Program-made: the position numbers and the translations under genes
Part shown: piece after piece, positions 56,639 to 64,000 of the stretch
Layout: each line of letters begins with the position of its first letter
How positions within the stretch are numbered: the first letter of the stretch is position 1
IMG/VR virus record: IMGVR_UViG_3300027896_000033
Coordinates: 3,351 to 67,350 of that record
Length of the DNA stretch: 64,000 nt
Reading direction: 5' to 3' (one strand)
From: a virus
Notes under the pieces: generated by a model
Told to the model about the DNA's origin: nothing
The model's input: the letters and a program-made list of their open reading frames with translations, nothing else
The model's database searches: none

Positions 56639-57580
56639 ATGTCTACGTATAATAAACATATTACATTCAATGCAAAAGCATTCTTACAAGCAGTACATAT
56701 TGATCACACAGATGTCGGTCCTAAAGCCACTAAAAATAGAGTGCAAGTACATTGCCCTTTTTGCCCAGGTTCAAAAAACTTTCATTTAGGTATACATGTA
56801 ACTAATGCATATGCTAATTGTTGGAGGTGTGGACCACACTCTTTAATATCAACAATTAGAGAGTTATTGCATATTACCTGGAAAGAGGTATACTCGATAA
56901 TCGAAGAATATGGAGATATTAGTAGTATTAAAACTTCTAAGCATATTAAAGTATCAGGATCTAAATTAGTACTTCCTGGATTAATAGAACCTTTAAAAAA
57001 CAAACATCGAAAATATTTAATAGAAAGACATTTTGATCCTGATGATATAATTAATACATGGAATGTACAGAGTGTAGGTCCTGTAGGTAGGTGTAGTCAT
57101 AGAATATATATTCCTATTTATTACAGAGGCGAGGTAGTTAGTTATCAATGCAGATCCACTCAAAAAGGAAATGATATTGTACGCTACATAACGTGTGATC
57201 GAGATAAAGAAACTGTTTTTCACAAAAGTATTTTATATGGTCTTGATTATGCTATTTCAGATAATGTTGCGGTGGTAGAAGGTGCTACTGATACATGGCG
57301 ATTAGGACCTGGATCACTTGCCACTTTCGGAATGGAATTCATGAAAGAGCAGATATATCAATTATCGCGTTTTAAAAAAGTATACCTTATGTATGATCCT
57401 GAACCTGCCGCTATCAGACAAGCTGAGAAAATGGCAAATGAACTTGCTTTTATGGGTAAATGTGAACCTTATGTAATTGATATTAAAACATTAGGTGTAG
57501 AAGACCCAGGTGATCTAGATCAAAGAGATGCGAATGAATTAATGCTTGATATAACAAGAGGTACATTAAAATGTATATAG
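56639..57580 (+). CDS. DNA primase (Zn finger plus TOPRIM)
   Basis: HCPFC..HLG..CWRCG; VVEGATD; YDPE; DPGD. Confidence 0.85.
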   Translation: MSTYNKHITFNAKAFLQAVHIDHTDVGPKATKNRVQVHCPFCPGSKNFHLGIHVTNAYANCWRCGPHSLISTIRELLHITWKEVYSIIEEYGDISSIKTSKHIKVSGSKLVLPGLIEPLKNKHRKYLIERHFDPDDIINTWNVQSVGPVGRCSHRIYIPIYYRGEVVSYQCRSTQKGNDIVRYITCDRDKETVFHKSILYGLDYAISDNVAVVEGATDTWRLGPGSLATFGMEFMKEQIYQLSRFKKVYLMYDPEPAAIRQAEKMANELAFMGKCEPYVIDIKTLGVEDPGDLDQRDANELMLDITRGTLKCI

Positions 57581-57939
57581 CAGTTGATTTTGATGGGTCT
57601 GTAGTCACCCATGAGTACCCTAAAGTAGGAAGAGATATAGGAGCAGTTGACACATTACGTAAACTTGTATTTAAAGGACACCAATTAATTCTCTGGACAA
57701 TGCGTTCAGGAAAAGAGTTACAAGAAGCAGTTGATTGGTTTACAGCTAATTCTATCCCTCTCTTCGGAATAAATGAGAACCCTACACAAAAATCATGGAC
57801 CAAAAGCCCAAAAGCGTATGCACAATTGTATATAGACGATGCAGCACTCGGCGCCCCTCTTAAACAAGAAGAAGGTGGTCGCTCGTATCTTGATTGGGAT
57901 ATGACGACTGAGTACTTTAAAATGGTTGGGATGCTATGA
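57571..57939 (+). CDS. HAD-superfamily phosphatase-like protein
   Basis: IAVDFDG, ILWTMR, KAYAQLYIDD. Confidence 0.85.
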   Translation: MYIAVDFDGSVVTHEYPKVGRDIGAVDTLRKLVFKGHQLILWTMRSGKELQEAVDWFTANSIPLFGINENPTQKSWTKSPKAYAQLYIDDAALGAPLKQEEGGRSYLDWDMTTEYFKMVGML

Positions 57940-58157
57940 AACTAACTGTGGGCGAACTAAAGAATTGGATTGATACTTTTAATGTCAGTGACGAAACAGA
58001 AATTTGGATCGAATACCCAAAACGTTACGGTTTAGTCACTGACGCTAAAGTAATTACACATTTTGGGGATAACGATTCTGACTTTATCGAATGCCTTTCA
58101 ATTGGTGGCGGAGCAGGAAAAGATAAAGATAAATTATATCTGTTCCATCACTACTAA
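57936..58157 (+). CDS. Hypothetical protein
   Basis: ATGA-coupled, MKLTVGELK. Confidence 0.65.
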   Translation: MKLTVGELKNWIDTFNVSDETEIWIEYPKRYGLVTDAKVITHFGDNDSDFIECLSIGGGAGKDKDKLYLFHHY

Positions 58158-58162
58158 ATCAA

Positions 58163-58351
58163 CTACTGAGTATCTGTTTTTACACAGTAACCGTTAATGT
58201 TGTAAGGATCAAAAGCATTTGAGCAGGTATCTTTATCTTTACAATTATAACATGTAAAATCATCAATTTTAAGATGTATGTCTTTTAGAAATCCTTTAAA
58301 CTGATCCGATGTTACTAGTTTATCAATATTAGGACTTTTACTATTTGCCAT
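58163..58351 (-). CDS. Small Cys-rich protein
   Basis: CYNCKDKDTC..FDPYN..GYC. Confidence 0.6.
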   Translation of the reverse strand: MANSKSPNIDKLVTSDQFKGFLKDIHLKIDDFTCYNCKDKDTCSNAFDPYNINGYCVKTDTQ

Positions 58352-58685
58352 TACTTACCTCCTGAATATCTATACCCAATTCATCTTTTAACCATTTTGC
58401 AACTATGTGCCTGTGACAAAATTTCTCTGACGATTCATAGCAGATTAAAATTGCATCTTCTCCTAAATCAGCATAAACTTCAGCTGAGTCTAATTTGTCA
58501 AGCACCTCTTTTATGTACCTTTCAGTGTACCTTGTATCATTTCCAGATTCTTTCCACTCTTTAAAAATACCCCAAGTAGGTGCTAATTTCTTGTATCGTT
58601 TCCCTTTGTAAAAATTAGGGACAGTAGCACAAATTGCTACAGCGTCAGGGTGTTGTCCATTTATTGCAAAATAACTAGTCTTCAA
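58341..58685 (-). CDS. DUF488-like protein
   Basis: MKTSYFA, LAPTW, LICYE..FCHRHIVAKW. Confidence 0.75.
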   Translation of the reverse strand: MKTSYFAINGQHPDAVAICATVPNFYKGKRYKKLAPTWGIFKEWKESGNDTRYTERYIKEVLDKLDSAEVYADLGEDAILICYESSEKFCHRHIVAKWLKDELGIDIQEVSNGK

Positions 58686-59473
58686 TTATTCTTTCTCCTA
58701 TCGTTCCCAAGAGCTTCCATGGCAGTGTATAAAGAAAATCTAGAAGATAAACGTTCTGAAAATGCAGTTTCTATATCACTTATACTAGATAAGTTAGATG
58801 TAATTATAGTAAACTTTTGCTGCTCTAATCGTTCATTAATTAATACATACATTTGAGACACATTCCAATCACTTGATTTTTCAGTTCCTAAATCGTCTAA
58901 CACTAAAAAATCAACATCCATACATTTTCGTAGAATGGATTTGCCTTCTTTAATATTACTACGCATATTTTCTTGTAATTGAAGGAACAATGTACTAACA
59001 TTGATAAATTTGTATGACGTCTGTTTTACTTTTTGACCTTCTAAAACTAATTTTTTCAACATTGAAACAGCCATGTAAGTTTTCCCTGCACCTACTTTAC
59101 CAATTATAAATATACCAGGAGTATTTAAAACACCTGGTGCAAACGATTTAATAGGAAGTACATTTTTATATAAAGGTGGAACATTAATACTTTCAATTAA
59201 CTGTGTCTTCCTTTTTTTCAATCCACTTTTAATACATTCTTTATTTGAGCACACTAAAGGTGGCAATACGATAGTAACTTCTTCACCATTACACAAATTA
59301 TCAATTTCATCAAAAGATAAATGAGATTCAATATATTCGACAATAGTATCAATGTCTGCCTCATTTTTTTTGTAAAATTGAGACATAACAAATTCCTGAA
59401 CAATATCTTTCCCACATTCAGTACATTGAAATGCTAAAAATACATTACTAAGATTTTTTTCAATTGTATCCAA
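58682..59473 (-). CDS. DnaC/IstB-like AAA+ helicase loader
   Basis: GKVGAGKT, LVLDDLGTE, TIITSN, SERLSSR, GNDRR; N-terminal Zn cysteines. Confidence 0.88.
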   Translation of the reverse strand: MDTIEKNLSNVFLAFQCTECGKDIVQEFVMSQFYKKNEADIDTIVEYIESHLSFDEIDNLCNGEEVTIVLPPLVCSNKECIKSGLKKRKTQLIESINVPPLYKNVLPIKSFAPGVLNTPGIFIIGKVGAGKTYMAVSMLKKLVLEGQKVKQTSYKFINVSTLFLQLQENMRSNIKEGKSILRKCMDVDFLVLDDLGTEKSSDWNVSQMYVLINERLEQQKFTIITSNLSSISDIETAFSERLSSRFSLYTAMEALGNDRRKNN

Positions 59474-59511
59474 TTTGTAACTCCTTTAAAATTATTAACT
59501 TCTTTATAACA

Positions 59512-60771
59512 TTATAAATTCTCTAACACCTTTACTCGATTATAGAAACTATCAACTGTTTTAGCAGGAGAAGGCAAACCTTGTTTAATCATATCGACGG
59601 CTACATCATATGTTAAAAACTTATTATCATCGGGTTCTTCTACTGTAAAATACTGTACAATAAGTTTTTTACTGATCATAACATCTTTAAAAGTGTCATC
59701 TACACCATGAGTAATATGAGTGCCTAATTTTAAATTTTGTTGTTTGACAAATTCTTCTCGAGTTGTTGATTGTACATTACTTTTTTTACTATTACAACGT
59801 TTCATTGCATCTTCAATACGTGAAAAATCTTCCCTAAATGCTCTACCACTATGTGCTCTTGGAGTAAACTGATCGGCTATATTCTCAGAAAACCATTCAA
59901 TAGCAGTATCTATCCTTTTTAATGAAACACCATCTATTCGATGTAATTTTTCTAAATATGTCCACCATGTATTTACTTGAGATGATTTATTTATATTAAT
60001 ATGAGCTGAAACAATTTCAGCTAAACGTTTAGCCCTATCTATGAAACATTGCTGTTTTTTACTGATAGTTTTAGTATTTGTATTTACAGTTTGTAACGTT
60101 TCATTAGGTGAAGGTACTTTATCATTATTTTCTAAATTAGTACTCTCTACTGGAAGCGCCGAAGGCGCAACAGTTAGTGTTTTTACTTCTAATGTATTTA
60201 CTTCTTCTTTAAAAGCTTTTAACTGCTTCTTATGGGCATGGTTTTCCGGATATCCGGAAACACGGTGTACCGGAAAACCGGTACACCGTTCTTCTGTAGT
60301 AATTGTTTGCATTTCACTGATTACAGATGTGTCTCCTGCAATATTTGGTCTTTCCTCTTCCAAAAACTCTGAAATCCATTCTTTATTATTTTCATATATT
60401 AAATCTTGATCAGTCCATTCACTCATATATAGTCGAGATTGTCCGAAGTGCCCTTCACTATCTCGGAATTGTTCTGCTTCTACTAATCTAAGTATTTTAA
60501 ATATATAGAAGTACTTTGATACTACATCAATATGTCTCCCAGCATATGTACATAATGTTCGTTTAAAGCCTCTTATTGGTTTCCCTTCAAAAAAATCACT
60601 ATCGATTTCACATAATGCGAGATAAATTGACCTGAAATTTGAATAATGCTTTCTTGAAAAATTCTTTCTTAAAAAACGTGTAATTTTTTTATCGCACCAA
60701 AACCATGTATTACCTCTAATATTTCTTGCTTTAAATTCCAACTCTGGATTTTTAATAACTCGTGGTTCCAT
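59512..60771 (-). CDS. Putative replication initiator (lambda O-like position)
   Basis: Directly upstream of the DnaC-like gene; N-terminal wHTH-like IYLALC; internal GC-rich palindromes. Confidence 0.65.
   Translation of the reverse strand: MEPRVIKNPELEFKARNIRGNTWFWCDKKITRFLRKNFSRKHYSNFRSIYLALCEIDSDFFEGKPIRGFKRTLCTYAGRHIDVVSKYFYIFKILRLVEAEQFRDSEGHFGQSRLYMSEWTDQDLIYENNKEWISEFLEEERPNIAGDTSVISEMQTITTEERCTGFPVHRVSGYPENHAHKKQLKAFKEEVNTLEVKTLTVAPSALPVESTNLENNDKVPSPNETLQTVNTNTKTISKKQQCFIDRAKRLAEIVSAHININKSSQVNTWWTYLEKLHRIDGVSLKRIDTAIEWFSENIADQFTPRAHSGRAFREDFSRIEDAMKRCNSKKSNVQSTTREEFVKQQNLKLGTHITHGVDDTFKDVMISKKLIVQYFTVEEPDDNKFLTYDVAVDMIKQGLPSPAKTVDSFYNRVKVLENL
60243..60289. repeat. Adjacent palindromes, candidate replication origin/iterons
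   Basis: tttccggatatccggaaa (18-bp perfect palindrome) plus acggtgtaccgg-aaaa-ccggtacaccgt (12-bp stem). Confidence 0.75.
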
Positions 60772-61052
60772 AAAATTGTGCTCCTTGTATATGAAATTAC
60801 ATGTTTAGTAGTTTGTATATAACAAATAATTATAACAATAACGAAGTATATTTATTACTTTCTTGATGATGTACATGAGAATATCATTTATAGCATATGA
60901 ATAATAAATGCACAATATGGTATTTTTATTTTTGTGCGAATTGGTATCATATGTTTTTACATTTTTTAAAAAGAGGGTATTTACTTTTTTAGAAACGTTT
61001 GTTAATACTGATTCACATGCAGCATACCAACATACATAATCTGTATTCGATA

Positions 61053-61060
61053 TAAAACAT
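61053..61060 (+). promoter_or_regulatory. TAAAACAT box upstream of the DnaB-like helicase
   Basis: Exact motif about 30 nt before the start codon. Confidence 0.55.
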
Positions 61061-61091
61061 ATATACCTTCTCAAATAGGAGCGCATAATTC

Positions 61092-62543
61092 ATGAGTATG
61101 AAAGTAGTGTGTAAGAAAATTGATGTCTCTCTAGAGAAAAGAATACTTATTGGGTTTATAGTTTCAACAGATTTCATTAAAAACATTATCAGAATTTATA
61201 ATAAGGATTATTTCTCTTCCCATTCTTCAAGGTTAATTGCTAAATGGTGTGTTGAGTATTACAAAAAACATGAATCTGCTCCTAACAAACATATTGCAGA
61301 TATTTATTTGATTAACAAAAGAAAAAACACTTTAGAAGATGAAGACATAGATTTTATTGATGATTTATTATCGTCACTCTCAGACGAATGGGAACAAACA
61401 GAATCTACATTTAATCCAAAACAATTAATTGAACAATGTGTTCATTTTTTTAATGAAAAGAAATTACTTTCTCTACACGATAAAGTTAATCAATATATTG
61501 AAGATAAAGATTTTGCAGCAGCAAGTGACGAAATGCAGAATTTTAAACCACTGCAAATTAGTGTTAATGCTGAATATATTAATCCTTTTTCAGATGAAGA
61601 TGAAGTTACAAAAGCATTCGAAGAAAATCTTGAAACAGTATTTAAACTTCCTGGGGAACTTGGAAAGTTACTTAATCCACATCTTTATAAAGGCGGTTTA
61701 ATATCATTTCAAGCTCCTGAAAAATCTGGGAAAAGTTTTATATTACAAGAACTTGTAATGAGAGCACTTCGCACTCGAAAAAAAGTAGCTGTTTTCGAAT
61801 TAGGGGATATGACAAAAGGGGACAGGATACGTAGAATAGGCTCTTACATAGCAAAACTCCCATTTAGTAGAGAGAAAATTGATGATGGTTTTAAAAAATG
61901 TAGAATCCCAGAATTGATAGAGAATGATGGTGAATATACAATTAAGTTCAATGAAGTAGTACTTCCTATTTTAACGGCAGGAGAAGCTCTACGACAAGGT
62001 AAAAAATGGATTAAAAGATGTGGTAAGGATACTTTTAGAGTAAGTATCCACCCTTCTGATACTACTAGTATGGCTGATATTCAAGAAATACTTGAAATAT
62101 GGAGGGATGCTGATAATTGGGTGCCTGAGTTTATTGCAATTGATTACCCTGATATAGCTAAAGTCGAAAGATCAGGATTGGATATTAGAGAAGCAGTAAA
62201 TATACGATGGAAAGCAATGCGTAGAATGTCTCAGGAATGGGATGCTTTAGTTGCAGCAGTCACTCAAGCAAATGCAGCTAGTTACGGTAAAAGAGTACAA
62301 GGGAGAGACAATTTTTCTGAAGATAAACGTAAACATAGTCATGTTACTGGTACTTTTACTATTAATCAGACGCCACAAGAAAGAAGTCAAAATATAATTA
62401 GAATAGGAGCAGTTCAAGTACGTGAAGGTGATATAAATTTAAATAAACATGTTGCAGTCGTTCATTGTTTAGACATAGGACGCCCATATATGTTCAGTTA
62501 TCCGGTAGATGTCACTGGATTTAATGATGAAGAGGATAATTAA
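61092..62543 (+). CDS. Replicative DnaB-like (SF4) helicase
   Basis: Walker A APEKSGKS, FELGDM, IAIDYPDI, VTQAN, SEDKRK. Confidence 0.88.
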   Translation: MSMKVVCKKIDVSLEKRILIGFIVSTDFIKNIIRIYNKDYFSSHSSRLIAKWCVEYYKKHESAPNKHIADIYLINKRKNTLEDEDIDFIDDLLSSLSDEWEQTESTFNPKQLIEQCVHFFNEKKLLSLHDKVNQYIEDKDFAAASDEMQNFKPLQISVNAEYINPFSDEDEVTKAFEENLETVFKLPGELGKLLNPHLYKGGLISFQAPEKSGKSFILQELVMRALRTRKKVAVFELGDMTKGDRIRRIGSYIAKLPFSREKIDDGFKKCRIPELIENDGEYTIKFNEVVLPILTAGEALRQGKKWIKRCGKDTFRVSIHPSDTTSMADIQEILEIWRDADNWVPEFIAIDYPDIAKVERSGLDIREAVNIRWKAMRRMSQEWDALVAAVTQANAASYGKRVQGRDNFSEDKRKHSHVTGTFTINQTPQERSQNIIRIGAVQVREGDINLNKHVAVVHCLDIGRPYMFSYPVDVTGFNDEEDN

Positions 62544-62553
62544 AGGAGAAATT

Positions 62554-63414
62554 ATGGATTGTCCGATATGTAAAGCAAGCGGTTTTGATAATATGTTGTT
62601 GCATATTAGCGATGTAGCTGATGAAAGGCATCTGTGTGCCTTAGATTCACTTATCACATTAGTTTCACAGAGTGCTCAAACACAATATGCATTTGAAATA
62701 ACTACAAATTTAAAGAAATTAAATAAAGAAATTGTAACAACCGAGGGCATGGTACCTACTTTTACTTTATTATGCGAAGATCCAGCATCATTAACTTCTC
62801 TTATATCACGACTTATTGTAGCTATTGGATATAATAGACGAAAATGTGTAGGTTCTGATAGAGTACTGAATAATGACGTGCAAACATTAGTCATTTCAGA
62901 TTTAGTTCCCAAAATTAGACCCTTACTTCCTCAAATTCTTAAACGTTGTTTTCCAAGAAGGATAATGGTTAATCCCCCTGATCCTAGCATGAAAATAGTA
63001 CCTAATACTTTGATAATTAATACTGCAAGTCGTGTAGAAGTAACTAAAATATTTACTTTTGCAGCAGCACATCACCTACCTAATCATCCGAGACTGTGTC
63101 AATATACACATGGGCATGAATGGAAACTTGAAGTAACTATATCAGGCCCTGTTGATCCATTAACTAATATGGTTATGGATTTCTCAGATTTAAAAGCACT
63201 TGTTAAAACAAATATAATCGATGTACTTGATCATAATTATGTTAATGACATGATATGGAACCCTACTGCTGAAAATCTGTGTGAATGGATTAAAGATGAA
63301 TTAATAACTAATGGGCTTATCACAATGCATAAAATTAAATTATGGGAAGCTCAAGATAGTTTTGCTGAATTAAAAGTTTCAAAACAAAATAACAAATCTC
63401 AAAGAGGTTTATAA
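62554..63414 (+). CDS. queD: 6-carboxytetrahydropterin synthase QueD with N-terminal extension
   Basis: FTFAAAHHL..C...HGH, MVMDFSDLK, LDHNYVND, PTAENL, LWE; start at MDCPIC after AAGGAG. Confidence 0.9.
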   Translation: MDCPICKASGFDNMLLHISDVADERHLCALDSLITLVSQSAQTQYAFEITTNLKKLNKEIVTTEGMVPTFTLLCEDPASLTSLISRLIVAIGYNRRKCVGSDRVLNNDVQTLVISDLVPKIRPLLPQILKRCFPRRIMVNPPDPSMKIVPNTLIINTASRVEVTKIFTFAAAHHLPNHPRLCQYTHGHEWKLEVTISGPVDPLTNMVMDFSDLKALVKTNIIDVLDHNYVNDMIWNPTAENLCEWIKDELITNGLITMHKIKLWEAQDSFAELKVSKQNNKSQRGL

Positions 63415-64000
63415 ATGAGTGTGCTTACTGTTATAAGTATTTTTGAATCTATTGATGGAGAAGTTAATGGATTTCATCAAGGTGCGTTGACAACTTTCAT
63501 TCGCCTCTCCCATTGTAACTTACGCTGCAAATGGTGCGATTCTACATACTCTTTTGAAGGAGGTGATGTTGTCTCTGTGGAGAATATAGTAAATATTGTT
63601 AAAAATTTAAAACCTAAGAAAGTAACTCTAACAGGAGGCGAACCGTTACTACAACCTGAAGGAGTTCTCGAGTTACTTACAGAATTAACTAAACTTGGGT
63701 ACTCTATATCTGTAGAAACAAACGGTACACTTCCTGTACTTTTAAAGAGTTACAATATTTCTTGGATTTATGACTACAAATTACCTTCTTCTGGAATGGA
63801 ATCGCAAATGAAGTTCGATAATTTTGCAACTCTTGAATCGACTGATTGGGTAAAATTTGTAATCGCTGATGATGCTGATTTCAATAGGGCTATTGAAATC
63901 AGAAAATATTTAGATGGCATTGGTTGTCTAGCTAATTATGCTTATAGTCCGGTACCAGGCTTCTCCACCGATACTTTAGTTAATAGGTTATTATCAAAAG
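63415..64000 (+). CDS. queE: 7-carboxy-7-deazaguanine synthase QueE (truncated by window edge, not in ORF track)
   Basis: MSVLTVISIFESIDGE..G..TTFIRLSHCNLRCKWCDS, VTLTGGEPLLQ, ETNG, DYKLPSSG. Confidence 0.92.
   Translation, partial: MSVLTVISIFESIDGEVNGFHQGALTTFIRLSHCNLRCKWCDSTYSFEGGDVVSVENIVNIVKNLKPKKVTLTGGEPLLQPEGVLELLTELTKLGYSISVETNGTLPVLLKSYNISWIYDYKLPSSGMESQMKFDNFATLESTDWVKFVIADDADFNRAIEIRKYLDGIGCLANYAYSPVPGFSTDTLVNRLLSK

Noticed and set aside
60805-61086. 93-aa minus-strand ORF in the replication intergenic region
   Set aside because: Low-complexity AT-rich translation (Y/I/N/K/C), no clear RBS, and it overlaps putative promoters
1-64000. Alternative genetic code (stop-codon reassignment), as seen in some large phages
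   Set aside because: Very long ORFs (1797 and 3097 aa) and conserved enzymes are intact in code 11, and TAA, TAG and TGA all end genes at sensible positions

Overview
AT-rich (roughly 30% GC by eye), densely coding segment of a large dsDNA (probably jumbo) bacteriophage using the standard genetic code. It carries a T4 gp20-like portal, giant virion/tail proteins (a 3097-aa LamG/DUF2341-type protein and a 1797-aa Kelch protein), a GH24 endolysin and two HU-like proteins. It also carries a host-like DnaJ (suggesting a Desulfobacterota-like host; inference), an HD hydrolase, a poly-gamma-glutamate hydrolase homologue and a tandem-GNAT protein. Two tandem amidoligase paralogues, a Cas4-like nuclease and a replication block are present (Ski2/Hel308-like and SNF2 helicases, primase, initiator with internal palindromes, DnaC-like loader, DnaB-like helicase), followed by the start of a 7-deazaguanine cluster (queD, queE). 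Four highlights: (1) an apparent transcription cascade in which sigma70 promoters drive early genes, including a divergent gp55-like sigma factor, and a TAAAACAT box sits before nearly every structural transcription unit; (2) a ~130-nt rod-shaped candidate ncRNA; (3) late-expressed proteins sharing an N-terminal LVP...G...TY[YH]VxPE tag, possibly virion-loaded cargo; (4) the late-controlled amidoligase pair. All protein family calls come from motif recognition, not database searches.
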